A stretch of 64,000 nt of DNA from an uncultured Chloroflexia bacterium (GTDB lineage Bacteria; Chloroflexota; Limnocylindria; Limnocylindrales; CSP1-4): the NCBI GenBank assembly GCA_963712735.1, contig CAVQIZ010000001.1, forward strand, positions 23,111-87,110. The letters are read 5' to 3'. This document shows, piece after piece, positions 10,394 to 20,991 of the stretch. Below the pieces are notes generated by a model. It saw only the letters and a program-made list of their open reading frames with translations, did no database searches and had not been told where the DNA came from. The number at the start of each line of letters is the position of its first letter. Position 1 is the first letter of the stretch. The position numbers were made by a program, and so were the translations under genes.

Positions 10394-11464
10394 ATGAAGC
10401 TCTACGTCGGCACCTATACGCGACCCGCGCCCTACCTGGCCGAGACCAACGGCAAGGGGCTCTACGTCCTCGACTACGACGAGACATCCGGCGCGGTCTC
10501 GATCAGCGCCGAGGTCCCGGGCATCGAGAACCCGTCGTACCTCTGCATCGCTCCCGATGGCCGCAGCCTCCACGCCATCTGGGAGGTCCTCGAGTGGCCC
10601 GAGGGGCTGGTGAGCTCGTATGCCATCGACCCCACGAGCGGGCAGCTCTCCTACCTCGGCGTGCAGGGGTCGCGTGGCACCGTCACCTGCTACGCGATGA
10701 TGGATTCGCGGTCGCGTGCCGCGGTGGTCGCCAACTACTGGTCCGGCACCGTGGCCATGTTCCCGGCGCGGGCGGACGGCTCGCTGGCCGAGGCCTCGAG
10801 CGTCGACCAGCACGAGGGTAGCGGGCCCGACGAGGCCCGCCAGGAGGGGCCCCACGCCCACTGCATCGTCATCTCACCCGACGACACCTTCGCCTTCAGC
10901 GCCGACCTGGGGACAGACTCGATCTACGGCTACCGCCTCGACTACGAGCGGATGGCGCTGGAGCGGACCTCGCAGCTGGCTCTGCCTCCCGGCGCGGGAC
11001 CGCGCCACTTCGTCTTCGCACCGTCGGGCCGGCACGCCTACGTCATCTGTGAGCTCGACTCGTCGATCGCGTCGCTGGCCTACGACGCGGCCCACGGTCA
11101 GCTCCGCTACGTCGGGTCGGTGCCGCTGTTGCCCGCCGATTTCGAGGGCGAGAGCCACTGCGCCGACATCGGGGTGCACCCCTCCGGGCGGTTCGTCTAC
11201 GGCTCCAACCGTGGTCACGACTCCATCGCCATGTTCGCGGCCGACGCCGATTCGGGCGAGCTCGAGCTCATCGGCCACCGCAGCACCGAGGGCAAGACGC
11301 CACGCAACTTCGCCATCTCCCCGGACGGGCGCTTCCTGCTGGTGGCCAACCAGGACAGCGACACCATCGTGACCATGCCCATCGACCCCCAGAGCGGTCA
11401 GCTCGGCGAGACCGTCGCGGTCGCCGAGGTGCCCACGCCCGTCTGCCTCAAGTTCGCTCCCTAG
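10394..11464 (+). CDS. Lactonase, 7-bladed beta-propeller (6-phosphogluconolactonase/YbhE family)
   Basis: LYVGTYT, ANYWSG, RQEGPHAH, GAGPRHF, SNRGHDSIA, PRNF, ANQDSD. Confidence 0.92.
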   Translation: MKLYVGTYTRPAPYLAETNGKGLYVLDYDETSGAVSISAEVPGIENPSYLCIAPDGRSLHAIWEVLEWPEGLVSSYAIDPTSGQLSYLGVQGSRGTVTCYAMMDSRSRAAVVANYWSGTVAMFPARADGSLAEASSVDQHEGSGPDEARQEGPHAHCIVISPDDTFAFSADLGTDSIYGYRLDYERMALERTSQLALPPGAGPRHFVFAPSGRHAYVICELDSSIASLAYDAAHGQLRYVGSVPLLPADFEGESHCADIGVHPSGRFVYGSNRGHDSIAMFAADADSGELELIGHRSTEGKTPRNFAISPDGRFLLVANQDSDTIVTMPIDPQSGQLGETVAVAEVPTPVCLKFAP

Positions 11465-11504
11465 CGGGCGAAGCCGGCTGTGCGGCGGCTGCGCGGCCGA
11501 TGTG

Positions 11505-11518
11505 GTCAACCGGTTGAC
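11505..11518. promoter_or_regulatory. LacI-type operator, copy 4 (GTCAACCGGTTGAC)
   Basis: Perfect palindrome; TTGACG-18nt-TACCGT. Confidence 0.85.
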
Positions 11519-11598
11519 GTGGCGGTCATCGCGAGGCTACCGTCGGCAGAGCTCAACGGCGCCGACCGTGCCGGCATCAGGGAGTGGAGGAGCGGAGC

Positions 11599-12453
11599 AT
11601 GCGTTTCGGAGTTCTCGGCGTCATCTGGAGCGACTGGACCGACGTCACCTATGAGACCGTCGCGTTCGCCCGGGAGCTCGGGTTCGCCGGCATGGGTGCG
11701 CACCTGACCGTGCCGGCAGCCACCATCACCGATGAGGTCGCGGCCAACGTGCGCGACTGCATCAGTGGCAACAAGCTGGACTTCCTCCAGCTGTGGGGTC
11801 CGTACCCGACCATCATCACCGCCGACGAGGACGTCCGACGCGCCGGCGTGGAGGGCATCCGCGACATCGTGCGCCTGGCCGCCCGCATGGGCGTGCCGGA
11901 GGCCGGCATCAGGCCCACCAGCCACAACCCGCGCGGCGACTGGTGGCCGCACCCGGAGAACTACAGCGCGGCCAGCGAGGACCGGCTGGTGCAGAGCATC
12001 TCCGAGGCCCTGGAGGTCGCCGTCCCGGCCGGTGTCAACATCGTGCTGGAGGTGCACACGACCACCACGCTCGACACGCCGGAGCGCGTGAAACGGGTCA
12101 TCGAGCGCACCGATCCCGAGCACGTCCTGGTGAACATCGACACGGTCAACTACGTCCGCGATCTGCAGACCGCCTTTGACCCGGCGCCGATGGTGAACCA
12201 CTTCTTCGACGTTCTCGGGCCACACTGCTCGACGGTCCAGGTCAAGGACTACTACCTGGAGGACCGCTTCGTGGTCCACATCAGCGAGACCATCCCCGGC
12301 ACCGGCATGATGGACCTCGACACCGTCCTGCGACGGACCGCGGCGCTCGGGCCCGACATGTACGCCGTCATCGAGCACCTGCCGGTCAGCCAGATCGCGC
12401 TGGCCAAGAAGAACCTCACCGAGCGCGCACGATCGCTGGGTCTGCTCGACTGA
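11599..12453 (+). CDS. Sugar phosphate isomerase/epimerase (xylose-isomerase-like TIM barrel)
   Basis: LEVH, NIDTVN, QVKD, PGTGMMD, IEH metal-site pattern. Confidence 0.8.
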   Translation: MRFGVLGVIWSDWTDVTYETVAFARELGFAGMGAHLTVPAATITDEVAANVRDCISGNKLDFLQLWGPYPTIITADEDVRRAGVEGIRDIVRLAARMGVPEAGIRPTSHNPRGDWWPHPENYSAASEDRLVQSISEALEVAVPAGVNIVLEVHTTTTLDTPERVKRVIERTDPEHVLVNIDTVNYVRDLQTAFDPAPMVNHFFDVLGPHCSTVQVKDYYLEDRFVVHISETIPGTGMMDLDTVLRRTAALGPDMYAVIEHLPVSQIALAKKNLTERARSLGLLD

Positions 12454-12466
12454 TGGCGTTCTCCGG

Positions 12467-13837
12467 ATGACGGCCTCGCCGCCAGAGGTCGCCCGGCTGC
12501 GCGAGCTCGCGCGGGAGCACCTGTGGATGCCGTACTCGCCACCTGGGGCGCAGGGCTCGGTGCGCGACCAGATCCGCATCATGACCCACGGCAAGGGCGT
12601 GCGCACCTGGGACGACGAGGGCCACGAGTACCTCGACGGCACCAGTGCGCTCGAGGCGCTCATCCTGGGCCACGGCGACGAGGAGATCGTGGCTGCCATC
12701 GCCGAACAGGCGCGCACGATGTCGTTCGTGGACGTCTTCCGCTTCGTCACGCCACCGCAGGTGGAGCTGGCGGCGGAGCTGGTGGCCGCCTCGCCCGGCA
12801 TGGCCATGGCCCACTTCACGCCCGGCGGCGCCGAGGCTGACGAGGTCGCCATCAAGATGGCCCGCCAGTACCATGCGCTGCGCGGCGAGCCCTACCGCAT
12901 GAAGGTCATCACCCGCCAGGGCGCCTTCCACGGCGTCACCGCCGGCGCCATGGCGCTCGACGGACAGTACTTCGCCTCGCGCAACGTGGTCTACGACGGC
13001 GGCCTGTCGTGGGGCCGCACCGTGCCTGCCGGTGCCTGCCCCCGCTGTGACTTCGGCAAGGCCGGCCGGCACCTCGCCTGCGTCCACGCCATCGAGGCCA
13101 CCATCCGGGCGGAGGGGCCGGAGACGGTGGCCGCGGTGGTGGTCGATCCATGCGCCACGGCCATCGCCGTCTCGGTGCCGCCGGTGGGCTACCTGCGTGA
13201 CCTGCGCGCGGTCTGTGACCGCCACGGCGTGCTGCTGGTCGTAGACGAGATCATCACCGGCATGGGACGCACGGGGCGGCTGTTCGCCACCGAGTGGGAT
13301 GGCATCCGCCCCGACTTCATCACCCTCTCCAAGGCCCTCAGCTCGGGCTACGTGCCCATCGGGGCGACGCTCATCTCGCCCAGGGTGCGGGATGCGTTCC
13401 TCGAGCACGGGGGTGTCTTCCTGCACGGCCACACCTACGCCGGTCATCCAGTGGCGGCCGCGGCCGCACTGGCCGTGCTGCGCCGCGTCATCCGCGACGA
13501 CCTGGCCGAGCGCTCGGCGCGCCTGGGCGCGCGCCTGCTCGACGGGCTCCGCTCGCTGGGGCATCACCGCACGTTCTGGGACGCGCGCGGGAAGGGGCTG
13601 CTGGCAGGGCTGGAGATCGTGCGCGACAACGGTAGCGGCGAGGATTTCGAGGACCGCCTCGCTGCCGGCAACGCGCTGCGCATCGCGGCCCGCGAGCGCG
13701 GTCTCACCACCCTGCTGCTGCACCCCGGCAACGTGCTCTTCGTGGCGCCCGCGGTCGTCGCCAGCGAGGCCCAGATCGACCGCATGGTGGCCATCCTCGA
13801 CGATGCCCTGACCGACGTCGAGTCCACGCCGGCATGA
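12467..13837 (+). CDS. Class III PLP-dependent aminotransferase
   Basis: GGAEADEVAIK, AFHG, LLVVDEIITGMGRTG, ITLSKALSSGY, HGHTYAGHP. Confidence 0.92.
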   Translation: MTASPPEVARLRELAREHLWMPYSPPGAQGSVRDQIRIMTHGKGVRTWDDEGHEYLDGTSALEALILGHGDEEIVAAIAEQARTMSFVDVFRFVTPPQVELAAELVAASPGMAMAHFTPGGAEADEVAIKMARQYHALRGEPYRMKVITRQGAFHGVTAGAMALDGQYFASRNVVYDGGLSWGRTVPAGACPRCDFGKAGRHLACVHAIEATIRAEGPETVAAVVVDPCATAIAVSVPPVGYLRDLRAVCDRHGVLLVVDEIITGMGRTGRLFATEWDGIRPDFITLSKALSSGYVPIGATLISPRVRDAFLEHGGVFLHGHTYAGHPVAAAAALAVLRRVIRDDLAERSARLGARLLDGLRSLGHHRTFWDARGKGLLAGLEIVRDNGSGEDFEDRLAAGNALRIAARERGLTTLLLHPGNVLFVAPAVVASEAQIDRMVAILDDALTDVESTPA

Positions 13838-13852
13838 TGTCGCCCGGCATTG

Positions 13853-13866
13853 GTCAACCGCTTGAC
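13853..13866. promoter_or_regulatory. LacI-type operator, copy 5 (GTCAACCGCTTGAC)
   Basis: TTGACT-18nt-TACCGT upstream of the lactonase-mutarotase-ABC operon. Confidence 0.82.
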
Positions 13867-13943
13867 TTGACCAGCCGGGACAGGCTACCGTGCGGCCACG
13901 CCCGCGCAGATGCGACATGTGACGTGCGACAGGGAGGTCGAGC

Positions 13944-14798
13944 GTGATCGTCGACAGCCACCAGCACTTCTGGGACCTGGCCAAGGTCGACTACCCCTGG
14001 CTGGTGCCGGAGTACGGGCCCATCTACCGCACCTTCACGCCGGCGGAGCTGGAGCCCCAGCTGACCGCGGCCGGCATCGAGCGCACCGTGCTGGTGCAGT
14101 CCGCCAACTCCTATGCGGACACCGATTCGATGCTGGCACAGGCTGCCGAATACGAGTGGATCGGGGCGGTTGTGGGCTGGGTGCCTCTCGAGGACGCCGC
14201 AGCGGCCGCCAGAGCCCTCGACGAGACGTACCTCGCCAACCCCTGGTTCAGGGGCATCCGCCACCTCAACCACGAGGAGGCCGACCCCGACTGGCTCGTG
14301 CGGCCAGCCGTCATCGATGGCCTCAGGGTCCTCGAGGAGCGTGGGCTGGTGTTCGAGGTCGTATCCGTCCATCCACTGCACCTGCACCACGTGCCGACGC
14401 TCGCCCGTGCCTGCCCGGACCTGCGCATCGTCGTCGACCACCTGGCCAAGCCGCCCATCGTCAGCGGTGACTACGATGCCTGGAAGACCGACATGAGGGC
14501 CGCCGCCGAGCACCCCAACGTCTACGCCAAGGTGTCGGGGCTCAACACCGCGGCTGACCTCGAGACCTGGACGGGAGCAGACCTGGTCGAGGCCATCGGC
14601 TTCGCCGTGGAGGTCTTCGGCACCTCGCGCCTGATGTTCGGCAGCGACTGGCCGGTCGCCATCCTCGCCGGCGATTACGCCAAGGTCTGGGCGGAGACCA
14701 ACCGTGCTCTTGACATCCTGGGCATCACAGGCGCCGACCGTGCTGCCATCCTTGGTGACAGCGCCGCAGCGCTGTACTCGATGGGAGGGACCTCGTGA
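13944..14798 (+). CDS. Amidohydrolase-fold sugar lactonase (L-fucono/L-rhamnono-lactonase-like)
   Basis: IVDSHQHFW, GIRH, VVDHLAKP, KVSGL, MFGSDWPV. Confidence 0.85.
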   Translation: MIVDSHQHFWDLAKVDYPWLVPEYGPIYRTFTPAELEPQLTAAGIERTVLVQSANSYADTDSMLAQAAEYEWIGAVVGWVPLEDAAAAARALDETYLANPWFRGIRHLNHEEADPDWLVRPAVIDGLRVLEERGLVFEVVSVHPLHLHHVPTLARACPDLRIVVDHLAKPPIVSGDYDAWKTDMRAAAEHPNVYAKVSGLNTAADLETWTGADLVEAIGFAVEVFGTSRLMFGSDWPVAILAGDYAKVWAETNRALDILGITGADRAAILGDSAAALYSMGGTS

Positions 14799-15118
14799 GG
14801 CGATACGGGCAGCTCATCGGCTTGAAGCCGGAGCACTACGAGGAATACGTCAAGGCCCACGCCGACGCCTGGCCCGGTGTGCTGGCCATGATCCGCGACT
14901 GCAACATCCGCAACTATTCGATCTTCGAGCGCAAGGGACTCCTGTTCGCGTACTTCGAGTACGTCGGCGACGACTTCGACGCGGACATGCAGAGGATGGC
15001 CGATGACCCCGAGACCCAGCGCTGGTGGGACTGGATGAAGCCCATGCAGGAACCCCTCGGCGACCGCGCCGAGGGAGAGTGGTGGAGCGACATGGAGGAG
15101 GTATTCCATACGGACTGA
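14795..15118 (+). CDS. L-rhamnose/L-fucose mutarotase family protein
   Basis: EEYVKAHADAWP, IRNYSIF, LFAYFEY, TQRWW, MEEVFH. Confidence 0.9.
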   Translation: MRRYGQLIGLKPEHYEEYVKAHADAWPGVLAMIRDCNIRNYSIFERKGLLFAYFEYVGDDFDADMQRMADDPETQRWWDWMKPMQEPLGDRAEGEWWSDMEEVFHTD

Positions 15119-15202
15119 CGCATGACCAACGGAATGGCAGCTGACGACCAGACCCGGCGCACAAGGGAGAGCCGGGAACCTGATCCTGCTAGGAGGACAA
15201 AC

Positions 15203-16579
15203 GTGCGAGATACCAACTTCACCAAGCGTGGGCGCCTGGCGCTCCCGCTGGCGGTAGCCCTGGCGGCCACCGCGGTCGGCTCGGGCGCCACGATGGCGCA
15301 GGACGAGCCGGCCTATGCCGGTCTCGACAAGGACCTCTCCGGGACCACCATCAAGATGGCGGCCATCGGCGGTGGCAACTACGAGGCGATGTACGACTCC
15401 ATCAGCATGTTCGAGGAGGCGACCGGCGCCGACGTCGAGATCGTCTTCCTCGGTGACGGCTTCGAGATCGACCGCTACCTGAAGACCAACTACGCGGCCG
15501 GCACGGTCGACTTCGACGTGGCCTGGAACCACACCAGCTTCATGTCGCAGTTCACCAACTTCGTCGAGCCGCTGCAGGACTACTTCACCGCGGAAGAGCT
15601 GGCCGCTTTCTCGCCCAGCATCATCGAGGCCGCCACCATCGACGGCAACCTGCAGCTCATCCCGCGGCACGCGGACATCAGCGCGCAGATCTACCGCACC
15701 GACCTCTTCGGTGACGCGGACCTGCAGGCCAAGTTCGAGGAGGCCTACGGCTACCCGCTGCTGCCGCCGACCACGCTCGACCAGATGTATGACATGGCCG
15801 AGTTCTTCGTGGGCGAGGGCGTCGTCAAGTTCGGCACCCAGTTCGCGGGCAAGGAAGAGGCCCTCGCCGGCCGCTTCTATGAGCTGCTCTTCGCCAATGG
15901 CGGCGACTACTTCGATGCCGACCTCAACCCAGTCTTCGATTCCGAGGCCGGCGTGGCCTCTGCGACGTGGATGCAGGACCTCTATGCCAACGGGCTGGTC
16001 CCGCCCGACACCCCCAACCTCGTGTGGGACGGCGTGGCCGCCAACTGGTGCAACGGCGACGTCGCCTTCTACCTGGAGTGGTACGGCTGGTACGGCTACT
16101 TCCAGGACCCCGCGTCGTGCCCCAACGTGGCCGGCAAGTTCGACATGACCCGTGGTCCCACGGGCCTCGATCCCGACACCCACACCGGCTGGGCCGGTGC
16201 CCATGCCTTCAGCGTGGCCAAGGATTCCCAGAACAAGGAAGCCGCGGTCGAGCTGATCAAGTTCCTCACCTCTGAGGCCGTCTCGTTCGAGGAGTCGAAC
16301 ACGTTCGGCTTCCTGCCCGTGCGTGCCGACGTCTCGGCTCGCGTCGAGGCCGCCAATGCCGACACCGGCAACCCGCTCGATGCCCAGCGCTGGGAGCTCG
16401 CCAACCTGCAGGTCAGCGAGGACTTCCGCACTCCGCCGCTGTTCGCTGACTGGATCAGCTTCACCAACGAGTGGTATCCCACCCTGCAGTCGATCATCCT
16501 CGGCGACCTGAGCGTCGAGGACGGCCTGGCCAAGGGCGTCGCGGACGCGACCGACCTGCTGGACAGCCTCGGCTACTAG
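15203..16579 (+). CDS. Carbohydrate ABC substrate-binding protein (CUT1/MalE-like)
   Basis: Signal peptide ending MAQD; YRTDLF, PPTTLDQ, NKEAAVELIKFL; AGGAGG RBS. Confidence 0.88.
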   Translation: MRDTNFTKRGRLALPLAVALAATAVGSGATMAQDEPAYAGLDKDLSGTTIKMAAIGGGNYEAMYDSISMFEEATGADVEIVFLGDGFEIDRYLKTNYAAGTVDFDVAWNHTSFMSQFTNFVEPLQDYFTAEELAAFSPSIIEAATIDGNLQLIPRHADISAQIYRTDLFGDADLQAKFEEAYGYPLLPPTTLDQMYDMAEFFVGEGVVKFGTQFAGKEEALAGRFYELLFANGGDYFDADLNPVFDSEAGVASATWMQDLYANGLVPPDTPNLVWDGVAANWCNGDVAFYLEWYGWYGYFQDPASCPNVAGKFDMTRGPTGLDPDTHTGWAGAHAFSVAKDSQNKEAAVELIKFLTSEAVSFEESNTFGFLPVRADVSARVEAANADTGNPLDAQRWELANLQVSEDFRTPPLFADWISFTNEWYPTLQSIILGDLSVEDGLAKGVADATDLLDSLGY

Positions 16580-16590
16580 CCCATCGTGAG

Positions 16591-16624
16591 GAGAGGGGCC
16601 GTGCCACCAGGTGCGGCCCCTCTC
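16591..16624 (+). other. Intercistronic stem-loop after the SBP gene
   Basis: GAGAGGGGCCG...CGGCCCCTCTC inverted repeat, no U-tract. Confidence 0.6.
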
Positions 16625-16662
16625 GTCGTATCCGACCAGACATCGCTGGGGGCAGCTGACCG

Positions 16663-17625
16663 ATGACCACCGACGCGGCACGCCTGAGCGTTCCGCCACA
16701 GGACCCACGGCGCGACTCGTTCGTCGCGCGCCTGCGGCGCCGCAACTGGTTCCCCTACCTCATGACGGTGCCGGCCGTCATCGTGGTGGTGGCCGTCGTC
16801 ATCTATCCCATGGCGTATTCGCTCTTCGTCTCGTTCACGCCCTTCCACCTGCTGCGGCCGGACACGACATCGCAGTTCGTGCCCGCAGAGATGTTCGACA
16901 ACTACGCGCGCCTGGCCCGCGACGACGTCTTCTGGCGAGCGCTCTGGAACACCATCCTGTTCATGTTCGTGACCGTGAACGCGTCGGTGCTCATCGGCTT
17001 CGGGCTGGCCATGATGCTGGCGCGCATGACCTTCGCCATGGGCCCGGTGCGGGTGCTGCTGATGATCCCGATGATGTTCGCTCCCGTGCTCATCGGCTTC
17101 CAGTTCGCCTGGTTCTTCAACGCCACCGTGGGGCTGGTCAACAACGCCCTGCTCACGCTGGGCCTGATATCGGAGCCCGTGGCCTGGCTGGTGGACGAGC
17201 CCAGCGGCATGATCTCGCTGATGATGGCCAGCATCTGGATGACCGTGCCGGTCGTCACCATCGTGCTGCTGGCCGGGCGGCTCTCGCTCTCGGACGAGCT
17301 CTACGACGCCGCCTCGGTCGACGGGGCCTCGGTCTACCAGCGCATGCGCCACATCACGCTGCCGCAGATGCGGCCCTTCTTCGTCATCGTCATGGTGCTG
17401 CTGTCGCTCGACATCGCCCGCGCCTACGACATCGTGCGCATCATGACCGACGGTGGACCCGCCCACCGTACCGAGCTGATCTGGACCTACGCCGGCCAGC
17501 TGGCCATCCGCGGATCGCAGTTCGGCCTGGCCTCGGCGATGTCGATGACCGGCGTCGTGCTGGGGGTGGCCTTCACCTTCATCCTCTTCCGCCAGATGAT
17601 GGGACTACGCAAGGACATGGGATGA
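16663..17625 (+). CDS. Carbohydrate ABC permease (MalF-like)
   Basis: EAA-loop ELYDAASVDGAS, MTDGGP. Confidence 0.9.
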   Translation: MTTDAARLSVPPQDPRRDSFVARLRRRNWFPYLMTVPAVIVVVAVVIYPMAYSLFVSFTPFHLLRPDTTSQFVPAEMFDNYARLARDDVFWRALWNTILFMFVTVNASVLIGFGLAMMLARMTFAMGPVRVLLMIPMMFAPVLIGFQFAWFFNATVGLVNNALLTLGLISEPVAWLVDEPSGMISLMMASIWMTVPVVTIVLLAGRLSLSDELYDAASVDGASVYQRMRHITLPQMRPFFVIVMVLLSLDIARAYDIVRIMTDGGPAHRTELIWTYAGQLAIRGSQFGLASAMSMTGVVLGVAFTFILFRQMMGLRKDMG

Positions 17626-18537
17626 CCAGCAGCGCGCCTTCGACCACCGTGGAAGCCAGCACCGTCAAGCCACGCCCGACCACGCGGCGTCGCATCCACT
17701 GGCGCGACGTCGGTGCCAACTGGCTGGCGTTCACCGTCATCGCCATCCTGGCGCTGCCGGCGGTCTGGATCATCCTGACCGCCTTCCGGCCCAATCTCGA
17801 GGTCAACGCGTCGCCGCCCATCTGGATCCCGCGGGCGCTCACGCTCGACGCCTTCGAGTCGCTCTTCGGGCTGAACCCCTCGACGGCCTCCGGTGTGCCG
17901 GTCATGCGCTACCTGACCAACTCGCTGACGATCTCGCTGCTGGCCACGGCGCTCTCGGTGCCCATCGGCACGGCGGCCGGCTACGCCTTCTCGCGCTTCG
18001 ACTTCGTGGGCAGCCGGGTGCTCCTGCTGCTGCTGCTGCTGACCCGCGCCGTCCCCGGCGTGGCGCTGAGCCTGCCGCTCTTCCTGCTGATGCGCAACAT
18101 CGGGCTCATCGACACGGTGCAGGGCCTGGCCTTCGTCTACATGGCCCTCAACATCCCCTTCACCGCGTGGCTGATGGACGGCTTCTTCCGGCGCATCCCG
18201 CGGGAGCTCGATGACGCGGCCTACGTGGACGGCGCCAGCCACTGGCAGACGTTCTGGAAGATCGACCTGCCGCTGGCGCTGCCGGGCCTGGGCGCAGCCT
18301 CGGTGTTCGCCTTCCTGGCCGCCTGGAACGAGTACCAGATCGCCTCGCATCATCACCAAGACGCCGGCGTCCAAGACGTTCCCCGTGGGCCTCTCGGACT
18401 TCACCACCCAGTTCACCGTGGACTGGCGCGGCATGGCCGCCATGTCGGTGCTGATGATGATCCCGGCCATCATCTTCGTGCTGCTGATGCAGCGCAGCCT
18501 GACCAAGGGCCTTACCTTCGGCGCCGTCAAGGGGTAG
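17622..18537 (+). CDS. Carbohydrate ABC permease (MalG-like; frameshift near 18345)
   Basis: IPRELDDAAYVDGA, AWNEY, GLTFGAVKG. Confidence 0.88.
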
Positions 18538-18541
18538 CGAG

Positions 18542-19628
18542 ATGAGCACGCTGTACGAGCCCGCGTGGCGTATCGAGGCGGGCGCCGGGCGGGACCTGCG
18601 CATCGGCATCATCGGCTGCGGCGGCATCGTGACCGGCGCGCACCTGCCGGCCTACCAGGCGGCCGGCCTGGACGTCGTGGCCGTGTTCGACGTGGACCAG
18701 GAGAAGGCTCGCAGCGTGGCCTCCGACTTCTCCATCCCGGTCGTGGCCGGCTCGGCCGCCGAGCTGGCCGCCAGGCCGGACGTCGACATCGTCGACATCG
18801 CCGTGCTGCCGTGGGTGCAGCCGGAGATCGTGCCCGTCGTCGCCGCCGCCGGCAAGCACATGCTCTGCCAGAAGCCGCTGGCCATGGACTACGCCACGGG
18901 CGTCATCGAGGTCGAGACCGCCGAGGCGGCCGGTGTGCTGCTCGCCGTCAACCACCAGATGCGCTGGGATGCCGGCATCGCCGCCTCGCGTGACCTGGTG
19001 GCCCAGGGTGCCCTGGGCACCGTGACCGAGGTCCAGGTCCAGGTCTCGGTCTCCACGCCGCTGCACCTGTGGGCCTGGATCGCCGAGTCGCCGCACCTGG
19101 ACATCAAGATCCACAGCACCCACTACCTCGACGCCATCCGCTCCATCCTGGGCGAGCCCATCTGGGTCACGAGCATCCACGGTCGCTACCCGGAGCAGGC
19201 GCCGGTCGTCGGCGAGACCGTGACCAAGACGGTGCTCGAGTACTCCGACGGCCACCAGGCGCTGGTCGCGACCAACCACTACAACCAGCACGGACCGCCC
19301 TATGCCGAGTTCCGGCTGCTGGGCACCGAGGGCATGCTGGCGGGCACCATCGGGCTGATGTACGACTACCCCAACGGCCGGCCGGACACGCTGTCGCTCT
19401 ACCGCGAGGGCCGAGGAGGTGCAGTCCTTCGAGTTCGACACGATGTGGCTGCCGGACGCGTTCCTGGGCCCGATGAGCGACCTCATGGATGCCATCGCCA
19501 CGGGCCGCGAGCCCATCACCGCGGGTCGCCGGATGCTGCCCACGCTGGCCATCGGCGAGGCCGCCTACCGCTCTGCCGAAGAGCGCCGCAGCGTCCGTCT
19601 CGACGAGATCACCGGTGGCGTAGCGTGA
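18542..19628 (+). CDS. Gfo/Idh/MocA family oxidoreductase (frameshift near 19415)
   Basis: IGIIGCGGI, GKHMLCQKP, NHQMRW, HYLD; C-terminus in ORF 19419..19628. Confidence 0.88.
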
Positions 19629-20983
19629 CCAGCGCCGCAGAGACGCCCGGCTTCATCTTCTCCATGCTGCAGCGCGCCTTCGGCGATGCCGAGATGGAGG
19701 CGGTCTTCTCCGAGGAGGCCACGGTCGACGCCTGGCTGCGCACCGAGGCGGCGCTGGCCCTGAGCCAGGCGGAGGTCGGTGAGCTCAGCCCGACCCGGGC
19801 CGAGGCCATCGCCGCGGTCTGTACGCTGGAGCACGTGGACCTGCCGGCGCTGTGGGCCGACATGGGCAACGTGGGCTATCCCATCCTGCCGCTGGTGCGG
19901 CAGCTCACCGACCGCCTGCCCGAGTCGGAACGCGGCTCGCTGCACTACGGCGCGACGACGCAGGACATCATGGACACGGGCCTGAGCCTGCAGCTCGAGG
20001 GCGCCATCACCCGCCTGTCGGCCCTCCTCGACGTGCTGGGCGATGCCCTGGCCGACCAGGCGGAGGCCCATGCCGACACCGTCATCGCCGGCCGGACGCA
20101 CGGCCAGCAGGCCGTTCCGACCACCTTCGGCGCCAAGCTGGCCACGTTCCTGCAGCAGTGCACCCGCCTGCGCAGCGACCTTGCCTCCACCCGCAGCGTC
20201 TGCTGCCTGGTGAGCCTCCACGGGGCGGCGGGCACGTCGGCGGGGTTCGGGCCTCGCATCGGCGAGGTGCGTGCCGCCATGGCCCGCCGCCTGGGCCTGC
20301 TCGATGCTCCTGCGCCCTGGCACGTCACGCGAGACGGGCTGGCGACCTTCGGCGCGGTGTGCGCTCGCGCCGCGGCCATGACGGCCCGGCTGGCGCGCGA
20401 GGTCATCGACCTGTCACGCACGGAGATCGGCGAGGTCAGCGAGTCCACGGGCCACCACCGCGGTGCCTCCTCGACGATGCCGCAGAAGGCGAACCCCATC
20501 GACTCGGAGGCCATCGTGGGGATGGCTGCGAGCGTGACCGCGATGTCAGCGAGCCTCTATCGCGCCATGGAGGCCGGGCACGAGCGAGCGGCAGGCGAAT
20601 GGCAGATCGAGTGGCATCAGCTGCCACAGGTGGCGGTGCTCACCGCCGGCTGCCTGCTCATCGCCGGCAGGATCGTCGCGGCAGCTGAAGGTGGATCCGG
20701 AGCGCATGGCCGCCAATCTCGCGGCCGAGCAGGGGAGGACCCTGGCCGAGGCCTACATGTTCGAGCTGGCGCCGGAGCTCGGGCGCGAGGTCGCCCACGA
20801 CCACGTCTACGAGGCGGCCACGCGCTCGAAGGCTGAAGGCCTCGAGCTGCGCGAGGTGCTCGAGGAGATGGCCGGCGGCGGAGCATGCGGTCCGCGAGAT
20901 CAGCCCGTCGGACTACACCGGCCAGGCCCGCGAGGACGCCCTGCGAGCCGTCGAGCGAATGGCGCCGCGACCGCGCGACGTGA
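19625..20983 (+). CDS. Fumarase/adenylosuccinate lyase superfamily enzyme (PcaB/PurB-like; frameshifted)
   Basis: HYGATTQDIMDT, GRTHGQQAVPTTFG, signature SSTMPQKANP, GHER, DYTG. Confidence 0.85.
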
Positions 20984-20991
20984 TGCCGCGC

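Noticed and set aside
3550-16708. Long antisense ORFs such as 3550..5811, 5738..7255, 12416..13984 and 14675..16708
   Set aside because: They mirror well-supported plus-strand genes, lack recognisable motifs and are expected at this GC content
18542-20836. 764-aa dehydrogenase-lyase fusion in the ORF track
   Set aside because: The dehydrogenase C-terminus is in another frame ending at 19628 and the lyase has its own start near 19625; the fusion is a frameshift artefact
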